From Lophium mytilinum (Eukaryota), in the NCBI GenBank assembly GCA_010093605.1, contig MU004204.1:142959-206958 (forward strand): a stretch of DNA of 64,000 bases. The letters are read 5' to 3'. The notes below the pieces were generated by a model that made no database searches, had not been told where the DNA came from, and saw only the letters and a program-made list of their open reading frames with translations. The position numbers and the translations under genes are program-made. This document shows positions 1-12,479 of the stretch, one piece after another (within the stretch, counting starts at the first letter, position 1; each line of letters starts with the position of its first letter).

Positions 1-236
1 GCGCGGAGAAGGTTTGTGTGTTTGGATGTGATTGAGTATCCCGGGGAGCATGATGATGTTACGGTGGGGTTTGAGAGTGCTGTTGGTATGTTTTAGTTTC
101 TTCCCCCTCCCCCCTTTTTCCCCGGCACATGAGGAGGAATAAGGCTAACACGCAAGCAGAGCGCGACCGTTTCGCCGAAGCCCTGCCAGCGGCATCGCAG
201 ATCGGCCGCCAGATCACCTTCAAGCGCAAGATCTGA
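1..236 (+). CDS. 3' end of a hypothetical protein gene (partial, 2 exons visible)
   Basis: Frame ARRRFVCLDVIEYPGEHDDVTVGFESAV, then intron 86-159 (gtatgt...gctaac...cag), then ERDRFAEALPAASQIGRQITFKRKI* with TGA at 234-236. Confidence 0.7.
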
Positions 237-1655
237 AAGAAGAAGAGAAAAAAGAAACATGGCGTGGTTAGCTGGTTGCTGGTTCACTTTCTACCAATCA
301 TCGGAGTTCTGTTAAGGCTTTTTTTCTTTGTATACCCTTTTCTGTTTTCTCTCTCTCTCTCTCTTATATCCGGTAAGGGTAAGGGTTGCGGGCATAGCGC
401 ATAGCGCATCAGCGGGGCATTTCTGTGAGCGGTATGTGCGTGTGGTCTGGTAGTAAGTGCGGGGATTAGGGGCGGATGGGATGGCGTTCACTGTAGGCTT
501 AGGACGATAAAGGAAGGGTGATGAGCTGTGATCTGCTATGCTTCTGCGAGCCATGGAGTGCAACAAACCCTAAGTCTATTCCCACCCGTTTATTTACACC
601 GCCTGGGGTACCCCCATAGGGTTTAAAAAACTAAGCGCGATGTCAAGTTCCAGGCAGTTCAAATCAGACTGCTGTTTGACCAACTGCTGCTTAGCTAGCC
701 GGGCTACCCCTTCCAGTGGTGTCAAGTGAGCAAGATTGAGGCTACTCGAACGCTTGGGTGCTCTGAGGAGCTAGCTTCGAATACCCACAAATCAATCCAG
801 AACTTGGACTCAAGTGCCTGACGTACTCTCCTTGTGCACAAGAAATATAATCTGGAGCAGACATGCTAACTGGAGTCTTAAACCAGGGAACGCTAACTAT
901 TTCTCGGGATTAAAGCTCAGCAACCAACATCAAGAGAAGGAAAGAAGTCAAAGATATGAGGAGAGATACTCTGCAAGCATATTAGTCTCTTGACCCCCCA
1001 GAGCAAATCCTGCACCGCCTCCCGCGACGCGTAGATCTAAGCGAACCGCCCAATCACAGCGTCTCCTGTACGCAACCATCTTTAGCTTGCAGCCCAAGGT
1101 TCAAAGTCCTTGCTGGCTCGTGGAAAATCAGCCTTACGAGACGGGTGCTGCCGTTCAGCGAGCTCTGTAAATGGCTCGCTTGGTGGGTAGTACGCCCGGG
1201 CTCTCGGAAAGGTGGACCTTGCGAAGTCGTGGTGCGGTGATGCGGCGTTTGGATATAGCATTTGCCTGTAGCGGGGATGCAGGTAAGCAAAAACTTGTGA
1301 GACGGTTCTATGATTAGGACTGTTAGGGAAGAGTTTACGAAAGACTTGGTGCGGTGGTTGGCTGGGGAGGGCGTCGTCATAGGCGATGGGGATACGAGGA
1401 ACGCACCCAGGCTTTTCGGGTTCGAGGGTTCGGGTTTGGATGGAGGATGGTGGTGGCTATGGGGGATTTGGATGACGGGGTGGGTTGAGTGGTCGGGAGG
1501 TTCTTCTCTACTACTTAACCTGGTCTGTCCCGTCTAGTCTAAGGGTATATCTCGAAGCCGTTCTTCTTACATCTACTCTACTTTCCTTCTTCCCGGTCTT
1601 GTTGTGCTATTCCCATCTTCTTTTTTCCCGTTTATCTGTAAAGACTCGAGTAGAG

Positions 1656-2972
1656 ATGGCTTCGACTACTCTAGCGATGATGGTCGTTCGAGCGACCCCA
1701 TCGATCACCCTCCCCTCCCTCCCCTCTGCCTTTCACACCGCAACAGCATCAGCCTCCTGCACGACGGCCGTCCCAGGAAAGCATGGCTACGTCTCGGACC
1801 CGATGGCGTGCAACGCGTACTGGAGCTACAACCCCTCCTTCGCCGCGGCCGTCCTATTCTCCGTTCTCTTCGGCCTACTTCTCGTCACCCACATCGCTCA
1901 AGCCTTTCTCTACAAAAAGGTACTCTACCCCTCCCACCATTCCCTCAATCACATAGCCGCTAACCCCCCTACGCAGAGCTACACCTGGGTCCTCCTCATG
2001 GGCATCGCCTGGGAATTCGCCTCCTTCAGCACCCGCGCCGCCTCGACCCTCGCCCAGCAAAACCTCGCCCTCGTCATCGTCTCCCAACTCCTGCTCCTGC
2101 TCGCTCCTCTCTGTACGTCGGTGGTGGGCGTGGTGGGCGGGCCTTCCCCTTCTTCCCCCATCTTCTCTCCCCTTCTTCTAACACCCCCCAGGGATCAACG
2201 CCTTCGCCTACATGACCCTCGGCCGGCTCATCCACTTCTTCCACCCCTCCCACCGCCTGCACCGCCTCCCAGGCGCCTCAGTCGCCAAATACTTCGTCTG
2301 GGCCGACATCGCCTCCTTCCTGATCCAGGGCACCGGCGGCTCGCTGCTCTCCCCGGGCAACTCCGCCTCGACGATGAAGTTGGGGATCGATGTGTATATG
2401 GGCGGGGTGGGCGCGCAGGAGGGTTTTATCCTGCTCTTCATCGGGTTGGCCGTCGCGTTCCAGCGCGAGATGGGGCGGGTGGAGCGCGCGGGGGAAGCGG
2501 TGGTTGGGAGGAGGGGGTGGAAGGGGTGTGTGGAGGGGTTGTATGCTGTGCTGGTTTTGATTTCGGTGAGTTGTTGTGGTTGGATTTGCGTTCTATGCCT
2601 CTAAAACCCTTCCCATATCCCCCGCTACCCCTACATGCCGGCTGACGATTGTTCTTTTTGGGGTGATAGATCCGGATTATATATCGGTTGGTCGAGTATG
2701 CACGCGGCACGGATCCGAATAACCCGCTCCCGTTCCACGAGGCGTACATGTATGCGCTGGATGCGCTGCCGATGCTGCTGGCGGTGCTGGTGCTGGCGGT
2801 GGTGCATCCGGGGAAGGTCTTGGTGGGGCCGGAGAGTCATTTTCCGGAGGTGAGTCGGAAGGAGAAGCGGGCGGCGACGAAGGCGAAGAAGGCGGAGAAA
2901 GCGGAGAGGAGGGCGGCGAGGAGGGAGGGGAAGAGGGGATTGCAGTTGGAGGAGGGGATTTTGAGGAGATGA
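1656..2972 (+). CDS. RTA1-like (lipid-translocating exporter family) multi-pass membrane protein
   Basis: Exons ~1656-1919, 1977-2112, 2192-2565, 2670-2972 with canonical introns. Motifs YNPSFAAAVLF, LLLLAPLWINAFAYMTLGRLI, FVWADIASFLIQGTGG, IRIIYRLVEY and YALDALPM..HPG are typical of RTA1 proteins. Confidence 0.9.
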
Positions 2973-5658
2973 GGGCATGAGGGCATGGGTGGTGTTGGGA
3001 AGAGGGTTTTAGGGAGGTGAGGGCAGATGTAGTTTTTGGAATTTGGGATTCGTAGAATAAGGGGTTGATGGATTGGGGTCTAGTGGGCTGTATGGAGTGT
3101 AGAAAAGTACACGAGTGTTGGAAGATTTGCATTAGAGGACAGGCCGCAAAAGAGGAGACTATTGCGAAACTCAAAATGAGAATTCGGAGATAGGAAAGCT
3201 ATAGGCCATCAAGACCGCTCAAGTAGGACGTCTTGATCGCGGTTATTTATGATGCTTTGACCCAACTTAGAGATGGAATTAGAAATGAAGCGACTGAGCG
3301 CAGAGTATACTATTTTTCCACGTAAAGAAACCAGTAGAATAGCAAAACGTTTCAATTTCAATTATCACGCAATAACGTCGGTAATGCCAATAGCCCTAAG
3401 CTTCTCGCTGGTTATGCGCCGCCCTTGAAGCTATGTCGTCCTTTTAAGCTCGCCTTCCTTCCAGAAAACTACAAGCCTTGGTAGATAAGCGGAGCAGGAA
3501 GAGTGGAGCTGAGGCAAAAATGGCGATCAATACCTGAAAGATGTCCATGTTGTTGGATGATCAGTCGGGGTCGGCACGGGAATGCGGCTGCAATTTTACC
3601 TAAAAAGCCCACGACATTTTCGCATTTAAGAGAAATAACTGAATCTTGTCCAATTGCAGGGCGCGTGGCCAAGCGATTTGTCGTCGGGACCACATAGCGC
3701 TGATGGCACGGTTGCGCTCGTGTAGCTCGTCAACCGCATCTGTAATGACAAAGGGCGCGGCTCGGTGCGCAGTGGAGCTGTGGGGGAGTATTAATGGGAA
3801 CGCAGCCCATGGTTCTGCGGAAGCCTATGTCAACTCTCTTCCGACCTCATCTGCCACGCCTGCGGTCACCTGGACTTACAGCAATATTCTACATGTACCT
3901 CATGTAGGACGTCGGCCTCCCTGGTGGTGCGACAATCGCAATACCACCCCCACGACGCACGCATCCATACGGCCTTCGTAAGCGCCAGCACCGCACGACG
4001 ACTGCCCGCCCGCATGCTCAACCACAACCTCGTCGATAATTGGAATGCTCCACGCCAGCGCTTCCTCGGCCAGCAAATAGCACGGCCACGGACGACGGGT
4101 TCGAGGAAGAGATGCCCCCAACTGGGACGTCGCAACGCGGCCAGAACGCGTCGCCAGCGTGGACTTACCTGGCTGCTGGGACTGTGGTGCGACGTCTTCC
4201 CCAGAGTCGCACTCGGTCCGACGCCAGCGTGCTCGAGCTTCCTGTTGCGGCAAGGCTTCGTCGAGGGCTCTTTCACGCCTCGGCCGCCACAAGGGCACAC
4301 GTCTCGTGTTGTGTCGCTCTGGCCGTGAAGCTGCGAGATTTGCGATTTGCAATTTGTGTTTCGGATGGTGCATGTCATGATGACAGCCAGTCGCCGCCCG
4401 CGGTGAGCTTCTCTTATCGGTTTCGCGCGTCGTACTAACGCGATGAAAGGCCCCCCATTAGCTGCACCTCGACTATCTCCCGCAATCGCGCAAGCGCATG
4501 GTCTGATGCGGTATAGCGGCATGATAGGCTGAAAACGCGTCCGGGGAGAAGATCCTTACGACATGCGAGATGCAATTGCTAGCGTCAGGTTCGGTACCAA
4601 GCCGTATTCGATCTGTGCGCTGTGCAACCGCGACGGCGAGTGACCACAGACTACGAGTAACGGCGTGCAAGAGATAGCAGCAGGGCAGACTATCGTGGCC
4701 GCTATATCGTGGCTGAGGCTCTGGCAGAACGCCGGTGAAAGAAAAACCTCATCCCCAGGCCGGCCACAATCGGGTCAAGGACGGAGGGACTGCGGCGTGC
4801 CCGAAGCTGTGGTATCAAGACGCGCTACTCCAGGGCCTCAGGCTCGGTCCAAGGGCCCCGCGGCCTCTTTCTGCGCGACTACGGCCAGACGGCTGCAGGA
4901 CCATGTCAAAACGAAACGGCCTCGCGCGGGACGGCGGCGCAGGGACACAGTCGGCCCGTGCAAGGTTTTGCGGCAGAGGGTTGGCGGCGTGATCGGGAGT
5001 TCCAAGGGGCGACGAAAGGATTTGATGGTGTTGGTGTTGCGGCTGGCGCTAGGGGAGATCAGTGAGTGGCCGGGTGAATGCATTCACTCCCCAAGGGCCC
5101 CCAGCCCGGCTCCAATCCGCTCCTCCACCCACACCCCCAAGCCGAACTTCGAGGCTCCAGAAGGACGCTACTGCATGGAAGCATTCTAGATGGAAGCAGG
5201 GGCCCTTCGGCGCACCTCCAACGAGTGCGTCAGTGGAGCAGGCGGTAGAGCTGTGGGCGTTGGGTGGCCAATTGCGGGCAGAGTGGCCTCTCTATCGGCG
5301 GATATTGTTGCCACCTGCCTGATATCGGCGGCCTCGCGCAGCAAATGGCCCAGCAATCTGGCAATCAAGCGGCGGTACCAATGGGGGAGGCTCGCTGCTC
5401 TTGCTGCTTATCGGGGCTAGGCGACTGCAGGGACCCTAGCCATATCGATGCTGTGTCGGGCTAGGGTGCATGCGGCAGAAGCTCCCCAGCGAACACCATC
5501 GAGCTACACAAGAGTGACAGAACACGGTCCTGCCGCCCGTCCATAAAGCTCACCACCCGCCCTTGCTCCCAGCGTCTCCTGCATCGCGACTCTCACCCGC
5601 TGCGTGTCCCCTCGAACCACCACCACCCGCCATCTCTACGCCCCCACCAGCCGCAGCC

Positions 5659-7643
5659 ATGGCTATCACCGAGCCCGCACCGACATACCATGGTGACATG
5701 AAGAACGTCGACCTCGAGAAGGATGCCCGCGGCGAGGTCCACAGCCCGGCGATGGGCAGCGACGACATCGTCGGCGACGACCGCGCAAAGAACCCTCTGA
5801 AGCGCAACCTCCATGGCCGCCACATGCAGATGATTGCCATTGGTGGCGCCATCGGAGCTGGTCTGTTTGTTGGTTCCGGTGGAGCTCTCCACACTGGTGG
5901 TCCCGCGTCTCTGGTATGTTTCCCTTGCGCGAGAGGAGCGACGAGAACGAGAGAGCGCGCGCTGACAGCCCCAGGTTATCTGCTTCATGATCATCGGCGT
6001 GTCCATCCTCATGATGATGCAGGCCCTCGGAGAGCTGGCCATCATGTACCCCGTCAACGGTGCCTTCTTCCAGTACATCTGCCGCTTTATCGATCCCTCC
6101 TGGTAAGTCGTCTCACGTGCCACAACATCAGAGCACAGCAGCCAGCAAATCACGGCAAACAAGAACTGACAGCATGCAGGGGCTTCGCCATGGGCTGGGA
6201 CTACGCCATCCAGTGGCTCACCATCCTGCCATTCGAGATCACTGCTGCCGGTCTCACCATTGACTTCTGGCACCACTACAACATCGGTGTAAGTTGCATC
6301 CCCAGACCCTGCCACCTGCACCAGTCCCTGCCAAGAATCCCGCTGACATAGCCAGATCTGGATCGCCGTGTTCCTGACCATCCTCACCGCCATCCAGTTC
6401 TTCGGTGTCCGCGGCTACGGTGAAGTCGAGTTCGTACTGTCCATGATCAAGGTTGCTGCCTGCACTGGCTTTATCATCTTCGGTATCATCGTCAATTGCG
6501 GCGGCGTTCCCACTGACAATCGTGGCTACATTGGTGCCCGCTACTGGCACGCCCCTGAACAGGCGTTCCGCAACGGCTTCCATGGCTTCTGCACCGTCTT
6601 CGTCACTGCCTCTTTCGCTTTCGGTGGAACCGAACTCACTGGTCTTGCTGCCGCCGAGTCCGCTGATCCCGTCCGCGATCTCCCCAAGGCCACCAAGCAG
6701 GTCTTCTGGCGTATCACCTTCTTTTACGTCGTCAACCTGTTCATCCTTGGTCTCATCGTCCCCGCCAGCTCCGAGGTCCTCCTCGGCTCTTCCGGCGCCA
6801 ACACCAAGGCCTCTCCCTTCGTCTTGGCCATCACGCTTGCCGGTGTCAAGGGCCTCCCGTCCGTCTTCAACGCTGTGATCACCATCTCGGTCATCTCAGT
6901 CGCCAACTCCGCCACGTACGCCTCTACCCGTACCATCCAGGCTCTTGCCCAGAAGGGAATGGCACCCAAGTTCCTCGCCTACGTTGATAAGAAGGGTCGC
7001 CCTATCCCCACCATCATCCTCCAGCTGGTCCTAGCCCTCCTTGCCTTCTGCAACGAGCAAGCGAACTCGCAGGTCTTCACCTGGCTCCTCGCCTTGTCCG
7101 GTGTGGCCAACTTCTTCGTGTACGGCTCCATCTGCGTTGCCCACATCCGATTCCGCTCGGCGTGGAAGCTCCACGGCCATACCGTCGAGGAGCTTCCGTT
7201 CCGCGCTCAGTTCGGCGTTTGGGGTAGTTACTTGGGCGTGCTGCTCAACTTCCTCTGCTTGGCCGCCCAGTTCTACACTGCCCTCTACGTAAGTTGCACC
7301 AGCCCACCCCAATTATAAACACTCTTGCTAACACCCTTACCAGCCCATCGGTGGATCCCCCAGCGCCGAGAACTTCTTCGAAGCCTACCTCGCCGCGCCC
7401 CTCATCATCGCCCTCTACCTCGGCTGGAAGATCTGGTCCATGTTCATGATCCCCGAGAACCGCCCCATGTACGTCGCCATCAAGGACATCGACCTGTACA
7501 CTGGCATGCGCGAGGACCAGTTCAACTTCTCGGCTGAGGGCGTGCCCGAGGCTATCCGCCGCCAGTCGGTCGCGTCGCTGCCGATCAATAAGCCTAAGAA
7601 GTGGTATGACTACCCCAAGAACATGGTCACGGGCCTTTTCTAG
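5659..7643 (+). CDS. Amino-acid permease (APC superfamily, GAP1/YAT-like)
   Basis: LKRNLHGRHMQMIAIGGAIGAGLFVGSG, GVRGYGEVEF, FAFGGTELTGLAAAE, SPFVLA. Four introns near 5914-5974, 6103-6179, 6288-6355 and 7289-7343. Confidence 0.95.
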
Positions 7644-8894
7644 ACTATTTCTTGCGTTATAAAGCCGGGGTGGTTGATGAGGAGCGTGACGGGGATTGGG
7701 ACTGTCACGATTAGCGTGGATTTAGCAGTGGGCTTATCCACGAGACGGTTGCAAATGAAAGATCGTTGCTTTTTGGCGTGCTGCTCTAATTCTGACGATA
7801 ATGAAAGCGTGGTTTTGGGGGTTGAAAGCATGCGTTAGGCGACGACGATGGTAGAGCTTCACTCTTGAGATCGCGCTAGGTAATCGGACCGGGTAAAACT
7901 AGTCCTACAATCACATAATACGATACCCTCCCCCTCCCTTTCCTCTTCACTTGCATACACACATGCATGCGTGCATTGATTCCCCGAGATCTCGAACATC
8001 GTCAACTCGAACATTCTCCACGACTCCAGTTTGGGGTGAGGTTTCCCCCAACCAATCACCCGTCCCTTACATAACGCGCGTTCTAGAACGAAACCAGGGG
8101 CGGTGGTGCCTGGGGCGATCCGTGATCTGATCTCGCAGCGTTCCTTGATGTTCCTTCGCGCCCGCGGTGGCATTTCGGTGCCAGCTTTACTGTTGTAGGG
8201 AGGTGGTTACATCTTTTAGCTAGGCTAGGTACGTAGCGATGAGGATCCTGGATCCTTGCGCACATCGCGGGATCTCCTGCGGTTTTGGGGCGTGTGGGGA
8301 TGGAGAGGACGGTTGATTCATCTGATATACTTGAGCTACAGATGAGTTTGGATCAAGGTGCTTGTCTCATCCGATGTTGCTTGGGGGTTTGTATTTTGAC
8401 AGGTAGTAGCACGTGCGCGTGTAGCTAGCTAAGTGGAAGGGCGAATACCAGAGCGTATCCATTGAAGCACTAGGAGCATTTTGCTGCCGTCGAGGGTGCT
8501 TCAACACACTACGAAACCCCCAAAGTCGATCGTTTTGAACGGTCCGAAAGCGAGCTGGGGCATCTCAGACGTCGGTAGCTCTAATCCATAATCCTCTGGA
8601 TGGAACTTCGGTACGGAAACCTTAGCTCTCCTCGTCACCCCTCTACCCTTAAGTTGCGACAATCCTGTTTCGCTGGGATGCCCATCTGCATTACACCACC
8701 TGGCGCTGGGGCTGAAAGAAGACTGCATCGCTACGCACTAGATTCACCTTCTGCACCTCGTCACTAGTGTCTGTTACGAGGGCGTGTAGAAGAGACAACA
8801 CTAATTTTGGGGTCGAGGTAAAAAGTTAAGAAGGATAGCAAGGGGTTAGATTTCTGTGGGTCTTAGGGCTAGGCTGGCACGTGGCGGGGCGGAG

Positions 8895-9275
8895 GTCAAA
8901 TTGCAAACTTCGACATGCCGAACTTTTGACGTTTTGACAGTGCTGAACTTTGATATCGATCACGTGCGGGCCCGGAAAAGGAAGGTTTCAAGGAAACCGT
9001 GGAGCACCGAGTCAAACTGCAAACTTCGACATGCTGAACTTTGACGTTATGACCGTGCTGAACTTTGATATCGATCACGTGCGGGTCCGAAAAAGGAAGG
9101 TTTCAAGCAAACCGTGGAGCACCGAGTCAAACTGCAAACTTCGACATGCTGAACTTTGACGTTATGACCGTGCTGAACTTTGACAAAAGTCACGTGCGAG
9201 TCCTGACAATGGAAGGGTCTAGGAAGTCGTGGAGCACACGGTCAGGACAGTCAAACTACAAACTTCACCATGCTG
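8895..9275. repeat. Tandem array of ~115-bp units (3 full copies plus 1 partial)
   Basis: Units begin gtcaaa(t/c)tgcaaacttcgacatgc at 8895, 9011 and 9126, with a degenerate start at 9250. Each full unit has two tgctgaactttga-like subrepeats and one CACGTG. Confidence 0.95.
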
Positions 9276-9578
9276 CGGTGAAGCGTAGCGGACTCAGATG
9301 TTTTTCACCGGTACTGGAAATACGCACGGAGGGAAACGCTCAACACCAGGCGCTCGGAACTCACGATACCGGAGCAAAAATGATCAAACCAGGCCTAGCA
9401 ACCTCTCAATTCCATTCGCGGGCGCAGGTCTCTCAACCTGCTACAACAGAGCGTGCTCTCGTCGTAATTTGTATCGTACACTTCGTATACAGCCAAAGCC
9501 TCATCACCATCGTACATCGTAGCCCCCGAGCATGAAAGCCCAGCGCTGCACCAGCAATACCACGCCCAGACGCGCCGA

Positions 9579-12479
9579 CTAATGCCTCGTACTTTCCCGA
9601 TACATACAGCAAATGCTGTTCTCCTCGCACCATCTCTGCACCATCTTCGCCTCGAGCTCTTTCTCCACCACCTCTGTATCCTCTTCGTGACCAGCAGCAA
9701 CAGCGTCATCAGCTTTTTTCTTTCCCTTGCCCTTCCGCTTCACCGCCACAGACCAACGGACGCCCTGCGCGCTGAGCCATGCAGTGAAGTCCTCCAGAAC
9801 GATAGGATCGTACATCAGGATCTTCTCGTACCAGCTAGGTTTCGACGGATCCGTCGTCCTCGGTGCTCCCTTGACTGTATTCGTGATACTGGGAAAGAGA
9901 TCCCGCCGCATCGCTGCGTCTGCGAGCTTAGCGGCCTCGGCTTTCGCCGCGAGTTTCTCTGCCTTGAGCTTCTCCGCGGCTTCGCGGTCGCGTTTAACCT
10001 GCTCAAGATCGATCTCCGTCACCGCTTGGGCGGGGCGGAGTTGGAGTGGAGATGAGATGGTAGGACCGTTTGCGTTGCGGTTGCGAGGCGGAGAAGGAGA
10101 AAGAGGGCTCTCGGCCTCCGAATCCTGTATCTCGTCGATGTGGACAAAATCGAGGGTCTTCTTCTTCCGCGGCGGTGTGCTTGGGAGAGGGCGGCTGGTC
10201 TCCGGCTTCTTCTTTGGTGCTGTTTTCGCTCGCTTTGCCTTCTTTGCGGGAGAAGTCACGGCGGCTTTGGATTTGCGGGGTCGGCCTCGAGATTTCTTTG
10301 CGACGGGAGGTTTGGAAGGGCTGGCTTGGGATTTGGTTGCGCGTGCTTCTCTGTTTTCGAGTAGCTTGATGTGGCCAGAGGCTGCGATGGCACTTGGATC
10401 GCCCTGCCGAGGTTCACTACACTGAGGTTGCTGGAAGTCTTCAATATCGATGAATTCAGATTCATCGGCTGGTCCATCGAGCTGAATCATGCTGTTATGA
10501 GCTGGGCGCGTTTTTAATCCTGCGCGAGATGGGACATCTTCTAAGTCGTGGAAGTCCTCGATGGAATGGAACCCGGAGTCTTGCTGCTTAGCCGGGGAGT
10601 CCTTGGGGTTGGTGAAGTCTTCGATGGGAAGGAAATCCGAGTCTTGCTGTTGAGCCGGCGCATCGCCATCGGCATTGAAATTGTCAATATCAATGAACGA
10701 GTCGTCTTTCTCGGGTTCGGCGCTGCGGGGTGGTGGCGCGGGAGGGTTCCAGAACTGGTCATCATCGTCTCGAGCGGCTGCAGACCACAGCGTCCGACTC
10801 GCGGTGAATTTTGAGAGCTTCTTGCTGCGAATTGTGTCGTTCACCACAAATTTAGTGGCTTGGTGAATTGAGGCGTTCGCTTCCGCGTCAGCCTCCGATT
10901 CGCGAATTGCCAGTTGGATCTGACGAATGAATCGCGGAGACTCGTCACGTGCCAGTTGACTCGAAGTCCCAAAAAGGATTTCTTGCTTGTTCCATTTCCT
11001 CGCAGCAGTCAAGGGCGAAAGGAGCTTGTCAGCGACGAGCTTGGGCTGCGATTTGGGCTGCTTCGTTGCTTTCTTGGTCTTGGGATCGGCCTTCGTCGGC
11101 GACTTCACACGAGGAGCTCGTTTCCGTGCAGATTTTGGCGCTAGCAACGCTTTCGTGTTGTCTCCTATTGCCCCAGCTACGGGAAGAACACCTGCCCGAG
11201 GGCCGAAGAAATCACTGGTAGTGCCAGCTGTAACATCATCTGGGCCATTCGACTTGTACTGTCCTGTGACGAGGTCGGTTATCGTAGTCGCTTTCTTCTT
11301 TAGCGCTTTGCTAATTTCGACTGGATTGACATGCTGGCCTGGGATGTCTACGAGCTCAATGCGTCTCCGCTTCGTCAAGGCCTCTCCAGAGACCTTTCGA
11401 GTGATTTTTTCCGTGATGACAGCCTCTGAAGTGTTTACATAAGCGAATGTAGCCAGTATGCTAGTGAAGGCAGGTTTCTTGTGAGATTCTGGAGATTCCC
11501 CAACTTTAGTATTGGTCGGCGTGACTTCATCCAGCATAACGATTTCCGTGTCCTTGGTCGGTGTCCAATCGGTTCTCCTCTTGAGTGCAACATCAAGTGA
11601 TAACGGCTCATCGACTCTCGTGGGCTCCTTTTCCGTAGCAACCTTGTCCATGGCGTCCTTCTTCGTTCCCCTCGCGATGGGTGGCAGCATTGTATCCTTG
11701 GCCCCAGGCGCAGAGATAGAGGCTTCGAGAGTTTTGGCGTTCCCCGCGTCCGGAACTGATATGTCGCCCACCTCCGGCGAGATATCCTCAATAATTGGGT
11801 GGAAGTGCGTTGACTTGACACCAGTAGTCTTGGTTTCGACGTTGTATTCTTGAATAAACTCGAATTCTTTCGATTTTACACTACCCGTGCCTGGCTTGGT
11901 GATTTTCCCTTTCTTCAGCTTTGTCTGGGTGTCTGCTTTCTCCTTCGGAACCCTTGGTTTTCGAGGCTTTCCAGGTTTCGGCTTCGGGGCTTGTTGGAGC
12001 TCCGCCTCTTCACGCGGATTTACGAGGGGGACGGAGATTGTCGCTGCATCGGATTTGGGGAGTGGAGGATGTGGGATCGCGGTGTCTGCAGTCTCCTTCC
12101 GCTTTCTTGGCTTCTTTGCTACGACGTCCCCAAGCTTGGTCGCGGAGGTTTTGGCAGGGCGTTTGTTGGCTTTCTTAGGCGCATTCGTATTAGGATCCTT
12201 TTCAGAAAGCTGTTTCCGCCGCCGCTTGGGCTTCTCCTCCTCGGTGAGGTCTTCTGTGGCCAGGCTCAATTGCCTGCTCTTGACTAAGCTGCCTGCGGTG
12301 GCAAAGCCTGTAAAAGCCCCATCCGGCACTGGAGCTGCCTTCGAGCCACTTCTTAACGCGCCGCTCCCCTTCCTCGAGAGGAGATCCGAAGGCGAGGGTA
12401 GGGGAGACGATGGTGGGGACATGGCAGCGCGTTGTTGATGGCTCGGGGGTGTCGAGCGGAGGCGGGGAGAGGCGTCCAT
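9579..12479 (-). CDS. SLX4: Structure-specific endonuclease subunit SLX4
   Basis: 966-aa ORF, largely low-complexity, with ILFGTSSQLARDESP and LWSAAARD blocks and the C-terminal Slx4 domain WYEKILMYDPIVLEDFTAWL...VQRWCEENSICC. Confidence 0.92.
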   Translation of the reverse strand: MDASPRLRSTPPSHQQRAAMSPPSSPLPSPSDLLSRKGSGALRSGSKAAPVPDGAFTGFATAGSLVKSRQLSLATEDLTEEEKPKRRRKQLSEKDPNTNAPKKANKRPAKTSATKLGDVVAKKPRKRKETADTAIPHPPLPKSDAATISVPLVNPREEAELQQAPKPKPGKPRKPRVPKEKADTQTKLKKGKITKPGTGSVKSKEFEFIQEYNVETKTTGVKSTHFHPIIEDISPEVGDISVPDAGNAKTLEASISAPGAKDTMLPPIARGTKKDAMDKVATEKEPTRVDEPLSLDVALKRRTDWTPTKDTEIVMLDEVTPTNTKVGESPESHKKPAFTSILATFAYVNTSEAVITEKITRKVSGEALTKRRRIELVDIPGQHVNPVEISKALKKKATTITDLVTGQYKSNGPDDVTAGTTSDFFGPRAGVLPVAGAIGDNTKALLAPKSARKRAPRVKSPTKADPKTKKATKQPKSQPKLVADKLLSPLTAARKWNKQEILFGTSSQLARDESPRFIRQIQLAIRESEADAEANASIHQATKFVVNDTIRSKKLSKFTASRTLWSAAARDDDDQFWNPPAPPPRSAEPEKDDSFIDIDNFNADGDAPAQQQDSDFLPIEDFTNPKDSPAKQQDSGFHSIEDFHDLEDVPSRAGLKTRPAHNSMIQLDGPADESEFIDIEDFQQPQCSEPRQGDPSAIAASGHIKLLENREARATKSQASPSKPPVAKKSRGRPRKSKAAVTSPAKKAKRAKTAPKKKPETSRPLPSTPPRKKKTLDFVHIDEIQDSEAESPLSPSPPRNRNANGPTISSPLQLRPAQAVTEIDLEQVKRDREAAEKLKAEKLAAKAEAAKLADAAMRRDLFPSITNTVKGAPRTTDPSKPSWYEKILMYDPIVLEDFTAWLSAQGVRWSVAVKRKGKGKKKADDAVAAGHEEDTEVVEKELEAKMVQRWCEENSICCMYRESTRH

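Noticed and set aside
345..364. (CT)n tract
   Set aside because: Ordinary short microsatellite in a 3' UTR.
3400..5500. Many overlapping 60-220-aa ORFs upstream of the permease
   Set aside because: GC-rich intergenic sequence with no recognisable domains or consistent splice structure.
9582..12438. Plus-strand ORFs over SLX4
   Set aside because: Antisense shadows of the SLX4 coding frame.
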